A stretch of 49,610 bases of DNA from Bacillota bacterium (GTDB taxonomy: Bacteria; Bacillota_I; Bacilli_A; ML615J-28; CAG-698), in assembly GCA_023422115.1 (NCBI GenBank), contig JAEZSA010000064.1, positions 1 to 49,610 of the forward strand. Direction: 5' to 3'. Position numbers and translations under genes: made by a program. Within the stretch, counting starts at the first letter, position 1. Each line of letters starts with the position of its first letter. The notes under the pieces were generated by a model. The model saw only the letters and a program-made list of their open reading frames with translations, was not told where the DNA came from and did not search any database. Shown here piece by piece: positions 1 to 8,867 of this stretch.

Positions 1-493
1 AGGCATGAGTATGTGCTTCAATCCCCGGATTAACACGAATTAATGTCTTTATTTGTTTTTGTTTGCGATTGGCCAAGTATTCTAGCTTAATTAATTCGGT
101 AAGATTGTCAACAACTAAATATTCTACGCCATAATCCAAAGCCATAATTAATTCGCTCATTAATTTGTTGTTTCCGTGAGCTACTACCTTATCCATTGGA
201 AATCCACTTTTCTTAATCAAATACATATCGCCTTCACTTACAGAATCGATACTAAAATTATTTTGAGCAAGAATTTTACATAAATAGGGAGCAATAAATG
301 CTTTTGATGCATATACTACTTCACATTCAAATTGATCACTATGAAAATTATTTTTAAATCTATCTATTTTATCGTTTATTCCTATTTCATCATATACATA
401 CAAAGGAGTACCATACTTTTTTGCTAGCTCTACTAAACTATATTCTCCCATATATAAAACATTATCTTGTACACGCATTGACTTTGTTCTCAT
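1..493 (-). CDS. lysA: diaminopimelate decarboxylase, N-terminal part (gene runs off the window start)
   Basis: Own translation of the minus strand from ATG 491-493: MRTKSMRVQDNVLYMGEYSLVELAKKYGTPLYVYDE...VVYASKAF...SVSEGD...VAHGNNK...IRVNPGIEAHTH. This matches the N-terminal PLP-barrel of LysA-type decarboxylases (YASKA lysine motif). Confidence 0.8.
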   Translation of the reverse strand, partial: MRTKSMRVQDNVLYMGEYSLVELAKKYGTPLYVYDEIGINDKIDRFKNNFHSDQFECEVVYASKAFIAPYLCKILAQNNFSIDSVSEGDMYLIKKSGFPMDKVVAHGNNKLMSELIMALDYGVEYLVVDNLTELIKLEYLANRKQKQIKTLIRVNPGIEAHTHA

Positions 494-497
494 GTTA

Positions 498-1475
498 TTA
501 TTCCTCGGTTATACTCTTTTCTAATTCATCAATCAATGAATTCATTTCGTCTTTTGTTTTTATACTGATTAATTTTTGTTTGAATTCTTTCGCATAGCTA
601 AATCCTTTTACGTACCAAGCTGCTAAAGTTCTCATTTCTAGTACTGCGATTTTCTCAGCTTTTATTTGTAATAATTCTTTAAAATGTCGTTTAATCATGG
701 CAATCTTTTCTTTTTTAGTAGGGGGTGCATCTGTAGTTTTCCCTGAGAAATAATCCACCAAATCACGCATTAACCATGGATTACCAAAGGTTCCGCGACC
801 AACCATAATTCCATCAACATTTGTATATTCTATCATTTTCACGGCATCCTTTATTGATTTGATATCGCCATTTCCTATGACAGGAATTTTTACACTTTCT
901 TTTACTAATTTTATGTAATCTAAGTTAACATGACCGCCATATAAGTCGCTTTTTGTTCTCCCATGAATGGTAATCATGGCCACTCCAGCTTGCTCCATTG
1001 CTCTAGCAAATTCACAGCAATTAATACTTTGATGATCCCACCCCGCTCGCATTTTTATGCTGACTGGTTTTTTAACGGCTTGTACAACTTGACGAATGAT
1101 ATCGTAAGATTTCTTAATATCTAGCATCATTTTTACGCCCGAATCAGCTTTAATCACCTTTTTTACTGGGCATCCCATATTGATGTCAATGATATCCGCA
1201 TTAGTTTTCTGATCAATCATGATTGCTGCTTTTACTAAATCTTCCGCATTACCACCAAATAGTTGGATGGCTATTGGATGTTCATTTTCATTCACATCCG
1301 TTAGATTCCACGTTTTATCATTATCATAAATAAGCCCTTTAGCGCTAATCATTTCCGTATATACAAGACTCACACCAAATTCTTTTATTATTTTTCGATA
1401 TGCTTGATTGGTATATCCTGCTAGAGGTGCAAGAATGATGGGATTTTTCACTTCAACATTTCCTATTTTAAACAT
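498..1475 (-). CDS. dus: tRNA-dihydrouridine synthase
   Basis: 325-aa ORF with Dus TIM-barrel motifs LAPLAGYTN, NMGCP and ITIHGRT. AGGAGA RBS upstream of ATG 1475. Confidence 0.9.
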   Translation of the reverse strand: MFKIGNVEVKNPIILAPLAGYTNQAYRKIIKEFGVSLVYTEMISAKGLIYDNDKTWNLTDVNENEHPIAIQLFGGNAEDLVKAAIMIDQKTNADIIDINMGCPVKKVIKADSGVKMMLDIKKSYDIIRQVVQAVKKPVSIKMRAGWDHQSINCCEFARAMEQAGVAMITIHGRTKSDLYGGHVNLDYIKLVKESVKIPVIGNGDIKSIKDAVKMIEYTNVDGIMVGRGTFGNPWLMRDLVDYFSGKTTDAPPTKKEKIAMIKRHFKELLQIKAEKIAVLEMRTLAAWYVKGFSYAKEFKQKLISIKTKDEMNSLIDELEKSITEE

Positions 1476-1485
1476 ATTTCTCTCC

Positions 1486-1519
1486 TAAAAATAAAAAGCC
1501 CTTATCAACAAGAGCTTCT
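1486..1519 (-). terminator. putative intrinsic terminator after the SRP RNA
   Basis: Minus-strand hairpin AGCUCUU-loop-AAGGGCU (one mismatch) followed by UUUUUAUUUUU. It ends about 10 nt before the dus RBS. Confidence 0.5.
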
Positions 1520-1524
1520 ATTTT

Positions 1525-1650
1525 CTAATTAATCTCACCTTAAGTACCCACACTCACATACTAAGTAAAGCTTAAGGCTGCTTCAATCACGACCTGACCT
1601 GATTCACCGCTTAATATTGAATGTGGGTACTTAAAGCGAGATTATTACCT
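1525..1650 (-). ncRNA. ffs: signal recognition particle RNA (small 4.5S-like form, about 111 nt)
   Basis: Minus-strand sequence contains the domain IV signature AUCAGGUCAGGUC-GUGA-UUGAAGCAGCC (compare E. coli CAGGUCAGGUCCGGAAGGAAGCAGCC). It is closed by a 21-bp terminal helix, AUCUCGCUUUAAGUACCCACA (1622-1642) paired with UGUGGGUACUUAAGGUGAGAU (1532-1552). Position directly downstream of tadA matches the tadA-scr synteny of Bacillus. Confidence 0.85.
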
Positions 1651-1690
1651 ACAAATTATACCGCTAATGTAAGATTTTGGCAAGGTAATA

Positions 1691-2155
1691 TCATAGCTTT
1701 TTTTCTCTTATCTTCTTAAAAAAATCTTTCATCATCTGTGATGTAACTTCTTCCAACAAGCCTCCGATTACCTGTACATCATGGTTTCCTTTAAAACTTT
1801 GATATACGTTCCCTTGACTTTCCAAGCAGCCAAATTTAGGCTCTTTTGCACTATAAATTACTTTTTTTATTCTTGCTGCTTGAATTGCACCTGCACACAT
1901 GAGACAAGGTTCCAAAGTAACATATAAAATACAATCATCAAGAAACTTTTGATTCAACTTTTGGTTTGCTTTCTTAATGACATTAATCTCTGCGTGGCCT
2001 AAAACACTTTTTTTTGTTTCTCTTAGATTATATCCACGTGCAATGATTTTATCTTGATAAACAATGATTGCTCCTACAGGAACTTCTTCTTTCGCAAAAG
2101 CTTTTTTCGCTTCTACGATTGCAAGCCTCATGTAGTATTCATCATTTTTAATCAT
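1691..2155 (-). CDS. tadA: tRNA-specific adenosine deaminase
   Basis: Deaminase zinc motifs HAEINVI and PCLMCAGA. The ORF-track start at 2257 lies inside tdk. ATG 2155 ([19 protein letters not shown]...) is preferred and overlaps the tdk stop (ATGATTAA). Confidence 0.9.
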   Translation of the reverse strand: MIKNDEYYMRLAIVEAKKAFAKEEVPVGAIIVYQDKIIARGYNLRETKKSVLGHAEINVIKKANQKLNQKFLDDCILYVTLEPCLMCAGAIQAARIKKVIYSAKEPKFGCLESQGNVYQSFKGNHDVQVIGGLLEEVTSQMMKDFFKKIREKKL

Positions 2156-2738
2156 CTTTTTTTCCTGGCACAACATGGCAATGGCGACATCGCGCTTCGT
2201 ATTGTTCTTTCGCCCCAACCAAAATAATAGGATCATCATAGTTAGCAGGCGTTCCATTAATTAAGCGTTGTGTTCTCGTCGCAGGAGCACCACAAACACT
2301 ACAAATTGCAGCTAATTTAGTTACATATTCTGCTCTTGCTATTAATTCTGGCATTACTCCAAATGGCTCCCCACGAAAATTACGATCAAGTCCAGCAACA
2401 ATAACTCGTACCCCTTTGTTGGCAAACTTCTCACAAACACCGATAATTTTTTCATCAAGAAATTGAACTTCATCAATGGCAATAGCATAGGGTAACGGTT
2501 CAACTAAATAATGAAGGATTTCTTCTGATTTCGTAACATCAACCGACTTAGTTCTTCCATTATTGTGCGAAACAATTTCACTACTGCTATAGCGATTATC
2601 AATAGTAGGTTTAAAAACAACTACACTTTTTTTCGCGTATTCTATTCGTCTAATTCTACGTAAGAGTTCTTCTGTTTTTCCAGCATACATACTTCCAGTA
2701 ATAACTTCAATCCAACCATCTTTCAATTGTAAATCCAT
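2148..2738 (-). CDS. tdk: thymidine kinase
   Basis: P-loop [11 protein letters not shown] and C-terminal zinc-binding cysteines CSVCG...CRHCH. GAGGAG RBS 7 nt before ATG 2738 (MDLQLKDGW...). Confidence 0.9.
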   Translation of the reverse strand: MDLQLKDGWIEVITGSMYAGKTEELLRRIRRIEYAKKSVVVFKPTIDNRYSSSEIVSHNNGRTKSVDVTKSEEILHYLVEPLPYAIAIDEVQFLDEKIIGVCEKFANKGVRVIVAGLDRNFRGEPFGVMPELIARAEYVTKLAAICSVCGAPATRTQRLINGTPANYDDPIILVGAKEQYEARCRHCHVVPGKKDD

Positions 2739-2920
2739 ATGTAGTCTCCTCAACTTATTTTCCTAGGTATATTATACAATATTATATTCGTTTTATAAAG
2801 TTTTTTTATAACTTTCTACTGAACTAAAATTAATAAATCGTGGTATTGTGGAATATTGCTTCTAGCATTCATCGTTTAATAATCCTATTATTTTCATTTG
2901 GTAATTTCCTATAATTTGTC

Positions 2921-2949
2921 TTGACTTTCCTGGCCATTTGTATTATAAT
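2921..2949 (+). promoter_or_regulatory. sigma-A type promoter for rpmE
   Basis: TTGACT (2921-2926), 17-nt spacer, TATAAT (2944-2949). The ~50-nt leader contains hairpin CTATAGTT-N6-AACTATGG just before the RBS. Confidence 0.6.
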
Positions 2950-3002
2950 ACATTAGGAAACTTACTATAGTTGACATAAACTATGGCGGAAGGAGTAAAA
3001 CT

Positions 3003-3212
3003 ATGAAAAAAGGAATTCATCCAAAATACAACAAAATAACTGTTGTTTGCACATCTTGTGGTAGCACTTTTGAAACTGGTTCGGTTTTAAAAGAAATGCG
3101 TGTTGACACATGTGCAAAATGTCATCCTTTCTATACAGGGCAACAAAAATTTGTTCAAGCTGCTGGTCGTGTAGAGCGTTTCAATAAACGTCTAGAAAAG
3201 AAAGAAAAATAA
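3003..3212 (+). CDS. rpmE: 50S ribosomal protein L31, zinc-binding type A
   Basis: 69 aa starting MKKGIHPKY, two CxxC pairs (CTSC, CAKC), HPFYTG motif, AGGAG RBS. Confidence 0.95.
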   Translation: MKKGIHPKYNKITVVCTSCGSTFETGSVLKEMRVDTCAKCHPFYTGQQKFVQAAGRVERFNKRLEKKEK

Positions 3213-3238
3213 TTCCCTATTTTAGGGATTTTTTTTAT
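3212..3238 (+). terminator. intrinsic terminator of rpmE
   Basis: Hairpin TCCCTA-TTT-TAGGGA followed by a run of nine T. Confidence 0.7.
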
Positions 3239-3250
3239 TATAAAAAGCAA

Positions 3251-3979
3251 TTAGTGCTTTTCAATTTCTAAAAGACTTCTAATTGCTAATTTACCGTTGA
3301 CAGTTCCTTCAATAAAGTATTGATTTTCTTCTTTGTTGAATTTAACTACCAGCTCATCTTGTAAATGAACTTCTTTTATATAATTTATTTCAAATTTTTT
3401 AATATGATCTTCCTGTGATAATGAAATTGTATTGATGATAAACTCTCCATACTTCGTATTATTCACATGAAAATTATGATCAAGATGGCTTTTATAAATA
3501 GTAAAACTCTCTTCTCCTAAAATCTTGTCTAATGGAAAACATAATTTCTCAAATCGCTTTTCGTAATTGCGTTTTTCTGGATATGTAATATCAACATTAA
3601 TTCTTGATGTTGAGACAATTTGGTGAGTTTGTATATCAACTAAGCACCATTTACTGGTACCTCTTATTAGTATTTCATCATTTTCATCACACACCAAATA
3701 GTCTCTTTCAAAGTCAACACGTCCTTTATAACTTTGCCATGTTTTTACTATTACTTTTCTATTCGGAGGCAATTGCTTAAAAAGTTCAAATTTCGTTCTA
3801 ACCAAAAGCCAAGTTATCCCCATTCTTTTCAAGTCTTCGAAACCCAGCCCAAGAAGAGATGTGTGATATCCTGCAGCATCTTGTAATAAATCAAGAATCC
3901 CTACTAAAGATAACCGATCATAGCAATCTAAACTATTTGTTGTGATTGTATATTCTTTCTTCCAAAACAAATCTTTCAT
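3251..3979 (-). CDS. acyl-ACP thioesterase family protein
   Basis: Double hot-dog architecture with the N-terminal pattern YTITTNSLDCYDRLSLVGILDLLQDAAGYH typical of acyl-ACP thioesterases. ATG 3979 (MKDLFW) with GAGAGGTG RBS is preferred over the TTG at 3991. Confidence 0.75.
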   Translation of the reverse strand: MKDLFWKKEYTITTNSLDCYDRLSLVGILDLLQDAAGYHTSLLGLGFEDLKRMGITWLLVRTKFELFKQLPPNRKVIVKTWQSYKGRVDFERDYLVCDENDEILIRGTSKWCLVDIQTHQIVSTSRINVDITYPEKRNYEKRFEKLCFPLDKILGEESFTIYKSHLDHNFHVNNTKYGEFIINTISLSQEDHIKKFEINYIKEVHLQDELVVKFNKEENQYFIEGTVNGKLAIRSLLEIEKH

Positions 3980-4000
3980 AACACCTCTCAAATTGAACTA

Positions 4001-4042
4001 TATATCAAAAGCATGTGAATACAATCACATGCTTATTTTTTT
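4001..4042 (-). terminator. hairpin terminator downstream of lemA
   Basis: Perfect 10-bp stem AAGCATGTGA / TCACATGCTT (4009-4034) flanked by T/A runs on both strands. Confidence 0.55.
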
Positions 4043-4628
4043 AAAATGATACTTTTGGTGCTTCTCTTTGGCTTTCTTCTGTTAAAGCAAAGAATTCTGC
4101 AGCTTTAAATCCAAATAACTTAGCAATAATATTGCTTGGGAACATTTCTATTTTATTGTTGTTGATTTGTACAACATCATTATAGAATTGTCTTTGATAA
4201 GCAATCTTATCTTCTGTTTCTTTTAAATCTTTCATCATTTGTTGGAAGTTAGTATTGGCTTTTAGCTCTGGATATTGTTCTTGAACCACCAACAATCTAC
4301 TTAATGCTCCTGCTAATCCTTTATTTGCTTCTGCCATTTCTCCAACATTTCCTGATTGTGAAGCTTGAGCGTATAATCCTCTTGCCTTTGCAAATTCACC
4401 AAAAATTGCTTCTTCATGTTTAGCATAACCTTTTACTGTTTCTGCTAAGTTTGGAATCATATCAAATCTACGTTTTAATTGAACATCGATTTGATGCCAT
4501 TGATTTTTCACCTTGTTTCTTAGTTCAACCAATTTGTTATAATTTACAATAACAAAACCAGCTAAAACTAGCACTAATAAAATTACAACAATAATTGTAA
4601 TTGTTCCACCAACGCTTAAAAAAATCAT
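4041..4628 (-). CDS. lemA: LemA family membrane protein
   Basis: N-terminal TM helix followed by the LemA core (NYNKLVELRNKVKNQW.QIDVQLKRRFDMIPNL...YPELKAN...FYNDVV). GGAGG RBS before ATG 4628. Confidence 0.9.
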   Translation of the reverse strand: MIFLSVGGTITIIVVILLVLVLAGFVIVNYNKLVELRNKVKNQWHQIDVQLKRRFDMIPNLAETVKGYAKHEEAIFGEFAKARGLYAQASQSGNVGEMAEANKGLAGALSRLLVVQEQYPELKANTNFQQMMKDLKETEDKIAYQRQFYNDVVQINNNKIEMFPSNIIAKLFGFKAAEFFALTEESQREAPKVSF

Positions 4629-4664
4629 CACTATTTCCTCCACTTTTCTTTTATTTTATATTTA

Positions 4665-6620
4665 TTAACGGCTTCGAGCTCCGCCTCCACCGCCTCCAAA
4701 AGACGATCCTCCACTAAATCCTCCCCCTCTTCCCATTCCACTAGCAGAGTTGTGTTGCGCAATGGTACTCACAGCATTTGTCTTAGCAACTGAGATTGAG
4801 GTGTTAATTCGGCCGAACATATATCCATAATAAAATCCTGGATAGCGATATCGACTTGACAAGAATGTACCTTCTTCGGTACTCGTATCTGGTAATTTAA
4901 CACGTAATTGTTCCATAACCTTGTCAGCAATTTTTAGTGAGGTTGCATATACTAAGTAATGCTCCCAAACAATCACGCTTGGCATAGGATAATCTTTCAT
5001 CATACTGAATTCTTCTAAAAAGTGTTTAAATGCTTTCCACTTAGCGAATTGCTCATTTCCTTCTTTACTTCTTCTTTTAATTGAATATAAGTAAATTAAA
5101 TAAATTGCCATGACTCCCAGTGAGATAAAGCCATTGACGTTCGCTGAAACTCCAAATAGTGGTACAATCAAAAAGCAAATAACAGCAAAAGCAATAGGTA
5201 ACAAGACATAAATCTGTGCTTTGTTTTTTGCTTTCTCTGCAACATTCTCAAAGAAATTATGCTTCACCGCTTCTACTTTAACCTTACGCTTAAACTGACT
5301 TCCTTGATTCGTAAATTTAGTAGCTTCCGCGTAGCTCTTCTTGCCATACTTTTCTATTTGATCAATGGTTACCTTAGTACCATCGCCAATTTCTTTAATA
5401 AACCATTGAATGATATGCTCTTCATGTGGCAATAACTCTGTTCTAGATTGATCACTGTTTAAATAGATTGTCATGTTATTGTCTTTTTTGTTTTCGACCG
5501 TTGGAGTAACTTCTAATTCTAAATACCCTCTACGCACCAAATCAAGAAGAGTTGCAGTAACATCTTCATCATTTGTTTTCCCAAAATAATATAGGAAACT
5601 CATTTCAGCTGGTGTATATTCATAAGGTAATTCCCGATAGTAAACACCTGAAAACTCTGGGACATATTCTTTGTCATATTTATTGTATATTTTAATAATG
5701 ATATAAGCCATGACAATAATCAACACAATCGTTAATAAGTTTATGGCTTTCGCAATCATATTTGCTATGTTCGTTTTTGTTGCCAAGTCACTTTCATAAT
5801 CGATAATCTTTTCTTTCATTTCTCCAGCAACTATGTTTTTACTTGCGATACTTGCTACAGCACTATTATCCATTAAAACACGAAATTCTAATTCTTCTGT
5901 GGTTTTTACATTTCTAGCAGTGATATTGATTTCCTTCGAAGAAGTAATATCAATATTCCCTTGACTTAAGCCGTGTCCCCAAACCCGTAAATCATCCAGA
6001 TTGGTATTGTTATAAATATTAATCGTAACATGAGCTTCTTTTACAGTTGCTTCCACGCCGGAAAACAATACCCAATTTAATTCGGATATATCATCATATC
6101 CTGTTACTGCTCCGTTAATGGTATAGGTGTATTCAAAAATCATTGTGTCTTTCATGCCACCAATTTCTTCTAAATTGACAAAAATGGATTCGCATTCAAA
6201 TGTATCTGGATAGCATTCAACAGGATATCCCAATTCGTCACGATCCCCATTAAAAGAATATCCAATTTCTATCTTATCGGTAACATCAATTGTATCATCG
6301 CCATCAACATAATAAATTTTTGCATCAATGGTGTTTAGGTCTAGACTGGATTGATCATTTGTATAGTTTATTCCCGACATTAATGGATTATCACGATGAT
6401 TTTTTCCATATTTTAAATCGCGAAAACGCACCTTATAGTCTTCTGGATAATGAATTACCCATGTTTCATCAACTGTCATATTTCCTGCTTCATCGACTTC
6501 AATAATAGCATCATAAGATTCTATTTTAATAGCCGAGTTTGATAAAACTCCTATTAACAAACTGAAGCAAAAAATAATAATGATGATTCCAAATATAATA
6601 AAGCTTTTTTTGTTTTTCAT
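4665..6620 (-). CDS. DUF2207-type membrane protein (LemA partner)
   Basis: N-terminal signal-anchor, ~280-aa extracytoplasmic domain, three further TM helices and a terminal Gly-rich tail GGGFSGGSSFGGGGGGARSR. ATG 6620 (MKNKKSF) overlaps the upstream stop as ATGA. Confidence 0.8.
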   Translation of the reverse strand: MKNKKSFIIFGIIIIIFCFSLLIGVLSNSAIKIESYDAIIEVDEAGNMTVDETWVIHYPEDYKVRFRDLKYGKNHRDNPLMSGINYTNDQSSLDLNTIDAKIYYVDGDDTIDVTDKIEIGYSFNGDRDELGYPVECYPDTFECESIFVNLEEIGGMKDTMIFEYTYTINGAVTGYDDISELNWVLFSGVEATVKEAHVTINIYNNTNLDDLRVWGHGLSQGNIDITSSKEINITARNVKTTEELEFRVLMDNSAVASIASKNIVAGEMKEKIIDYESDLATKTNIANMIAKAINLLTIVLIIVMAYIIIKIYNKYDKEYVPEFSGVYYRELPYEYTPAEMSFLYYFGKTNDEDVTATLLDLVRRGYLELEVTPTVENKKDNNMTIYLNSDQSRTELLPHEEHIIQWFIKEIGDGTKVTIDQIEKYGKKSYAEATKFTNQGSQFKRKVKVEAVKHNFFENVAEKAKNKAQIYVLLPIAFAVICFLIVPLFGVSANVNGFISLGVMAIYLIYLYSIKRRSKEGNEQFAKWKAFKHFLEEFSMMKDYPMPSVIVWEHYLVYATSLKIADKVMEQLRVKLPDTSTEEGTFLSSRYRYPGFYYGYMFGRINTSISVAKTNAVSTIAQHNSASGMGRGGGFSGGSSFGGGGGGARSR

Positions 6621-7318
6621 AGAAAGCGCCACACTCCCTCTTTTGGTAAGTAAGAAATCTCAACTTCTTCACGAGAAATCGGATGCAAAAAGGTAATCTT
6701 TTGGCACCACAATCCTAAACTATTATCAATATTTGCTCCTACATACCCATATTTAAAATCATTAACAATGGGATGTTCTCTATGAGCTAGTTGCAGTCTT
6801 ATCTGATTATACCTACCTGTAATTAGATTAATTTGTAATACGGTAAAATCTTTATTCTCTATTCTAATATGTTTTAATACTGCGTACTCTAAGATTGCTT
6901 CTTTTGCTTTCTCATCTTTTATCGACGAGATTCTTGCAATTTGCTTGTTATTTTTTTCTTCTTTCACAATATAATCAGTGATGGTCGCATCTTCTAGGAT
7001 TTTCCCCGTCACAATCGCATAATATTGCTTTTTAAAACGATGATTACGGATATCTTCACTCAATCTGCTCGCTGCTTTTGAGGTTCTTGCGAAAACCATA
7101 ACTCCACCTACGCGACGATCTAAGCGATGTACCAATCCCAAATATACATTCCCAGGTTTTTGATATTTTTCTTTAAGATATCCTTTAATGAAATTGACCA
7201 TATCATCTTCAGCAGTGATATCTTCCTGTGATAACATATTCTCTGGTTTAACAACAACAATCACATGATTATCTTCATATAAAACCAAGGGCTTTTCTGC
7301 CATGGAGCAAATCATCAT
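6617..7318 (-). CDS. RluA-family pseudouridine synthase (no S4 domain)
   Basis: Catalytic motif VHRLDRRVGGVMVFARTSKAASRL plus LYEDNHVIVVVKP and ...RYNQIRLQLAH. The start is ambiguous: ATG 7318 forms an ATGA overlap with the upstream stop, and the alternative is ATG 7303 (MAEKPLV). Confidence 0.85.
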   Translation of the reverse strand: MMICSMAEKPLVLYEDNHVIVVVKPENMLSQEDITAEDDMVNFIKGYLKEKYQKPGNVYLGLVHRLDRRVGGVMVFARTSKAASRLSEDIRNHRFKKQYYAIVTGKILEDATITDYIVKEEKNNKQIARISSIKDEKAKEAILEYAVLKHIRIENKDFTVLQINLITGRYNQIRLQLAHREHPIVNDFKYGYVGANIDNSLGLWCQKITFLHPISREEVEISYLPKEGVWRFL

Positions 7319-7530
7319 TCCCACCGTGAAAAACGATCGTTTTTATCTCTTTCCTTTTTGGCTTCTTCTGTCAGTTCCTCTTTCTTTTCAATTCGTAGTA
7401 AAATAGGCAAATAGAAAAAGACCAATGGAAAAATAACCAATAAAAAGATAATGAGCCAAATTCCATCAAGAGTGGTAAATCCCAACAATAATGCTGCGAT
7501 AATACCTAAAAAAATGAGAAGTTTTTTCAT
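7315..7530 (-). CDS. small two-TM membrane protein with charged C-terminal tail
   Basis: ATG 7530 (MKKLLIFLGIIAALLL...), two hydrophobic helices, then EKKEELTEEAKKERDKNDR. It sits 4 nt after the upstream YcxB-like stop. No family recognised. Confidence 0.5.
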   Translation of the reverse strand: MKKLLIFLGIIAALLLGFTTLDGIWLIIFLLVIFPLVFFYLPILLRIEKKEELTEEAKKERDKNDRFSRWE

Positions 7531-7534
7531 GAGT

Positions 7535-8056
7535 TTATTCTTCTGCTTTCTGCCTAAAGCGATATTTTTTATAAACGACATTAGTTTTAAAAAAATCGGT
7601 TAATTCTAAGCGTTTTTCTCCATCAATTGCATATTTTGGAAAAATAATCGCCATGTTAGGAGTTGTATACACATAAAAACAATCATCTGTTTCCATTACA
7701 TATGTAATATCTTTCCACGCATAGCGACGAACATTTCCTTCAAAATCATAGGAAATAAAATCATTATCTATCGTGATGATATATTTTCCTCCACTAATTT
7801 TACTTTTCGCAACAATCTTCTTAACCATTGAATTTATTTGTATCGGTCTAACAATAAATGTGGCAACTCCAGCAATAAAAACAATCATTCCCACTGTATC
7901 TTGATGAAGAATAAAAGTGATGATAATTCCAAGAACTACAAGGAGTACCCCTATTCCAAAATAAAAATATTTTGAATTTGATTTCTTTGTTAGATGAAAG
8001 CGAAAAAATGTTTTTGCTCGTGCTTCAGAAAAATTAGTACTAACAACAATTTTCAT
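7535..8056 (-). CDS. YcxB-like membrane protein (bacterial PH-like C-terminal domain)
   Basis: 173 aa with FFRFHL..., two adjacent TM helices, then W.DITYVMETDDCFYVYTTPNMAIIFPK, the YcxB family pattern. Its start overlaps the upstream stop as TAATG. Confidence 0.65.
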   Translation of the reverse strand: MKIVVSTNFSEARAKTFFRFHLTKKSNSKYFYFGIGVLLVVLGIIITFILHQDTVGMIVFIAGVATFIVRPIQINSMVKKIVAKSKISGGKYIITIDNDFISYDFEGNVRRYAWKDITYVMETDDCFYVYTTPNMAIIFPKYAIDGEKRLELTDFFKTNVVYKKYRFRQKAEE

Positions 8057-8748
8057 TATTCTTGTTTTTTGTCTTCCTCAGGAGTAGTTTCTACACTCTT
8101 TACTTCTTCAACTGGCAATTCATTATTTTCTTCATTTGCTTCGACATCTTCGATATTATGTACTGGTTCAATATATTGATGTACATAAGTAATCGGCTTT
8201 TTAATAATATTTTTAGTGATTATTTTATATGGCTTTGTTTCTGCTTTTTCCTTAATCATCGCTGCTAATGCTTCAAAAGAGCCTTCCACCAAAGCTTCTT
8301 CGCTACGATCAATAATAATTGGCGTATTCTTACCCACAAATAACATATAGTATTGAGGAATTTCATGAATTTCATTAACAAAACTCCAGTCATATGTTTG
8401 TGGTTCATTAGGTCGTGATGATGCTGTAATAGTAATCTTCTCTTCATCAATTTCAATAATCTGCTCTACAACTGGGCGATTATAAAAGAAGTTTTGTAAA
8501 TGCTTATCTAATGCCTTTTCTACGGATAGCGCTTGATAGGTAACGTATGCTGCTACTAACAAAAACAACCCGGCCATTAAGGAATTGTCTTCTCCAGAGA
8601 AGAAACCAAAGTAAACACTTGCTCCAATTGATAATAAGATCAAGAAAATATACATAATAAAACTCTTTCTTTTATATGTTAATAAATACATATTGCAATA
8701 CTTCATTGTTCTGTAATCAAATTTAGTGCGAATTTTAATTTTTTCCAT
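8056..8748 (-). CDS. YcxB-like membrane protein with acidic C-terminal extension
   Basis: 230 aa with the same topology (two TM helices, then WSFVNEIHEIPQYYMLFVGKNTPIIIDR) plus the tail VEANEENNELPVEEVKSVETTPEEDKKQE. GGAGG RBS. Confidence 0.6.
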   Translation of the reverse strand: MEKIKIRTKFDYRTMKYCNMYLLTYKRKSFIMYIFLILLSIGASVYFGFFSGEDNSLMAGLFLLVAAYVTYQALSVEKALDKHLQNFFYNRPVVEQIIEIDEEKITITASSRPNEPQTYDWSFVNEIHEIPQYYMLFVGKNTPIIIDRSEEALVEGSFEALAAMIKEKAETKPYKIITKNIIKKPITYVHQYIEPVHNIEDVEANEENNELPVEEVKSVETTPEEDKKQE

Positions 8749-8867
8749 TATTTACCTCCAAAATATAGATTTATTATATCATAATTAATGGTAAAATAAA
8801 ATATATATTTAAAATATCCCTTGTTTAATGTATAATTAATATATAATTGTCAGGAGGAAATTTAATT

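Noticed and set aside
2156-2257. Long N-terminal extensions in the ORF track (tadA to 2257, apbE to 47614, sufD to 45590, sufC to 46419, the DUF2207 gene to 6632, and others)
   Set aside because: The extensions run into the upstream gene or promoter, lack an RBS and add non-homologous residues. Internal ATGs with a Shine-Dalgarno sequence or ATGA/TAATG coupling give family-typical N-termini.
6290-6505. 71-aa plus-strand ORF antisense to the DUF2207 gene (similar cases at 7994-8268, 9290-9594, 25287-25472, 28230-28475, 33010-33246, 37314-37592, 46034-46228 and 48438-48638)
   Set aside because: All are embedded in longer ORFs with recognisable families or convincing topology, lack ribosome-binding sites and show no recognisable motifs.
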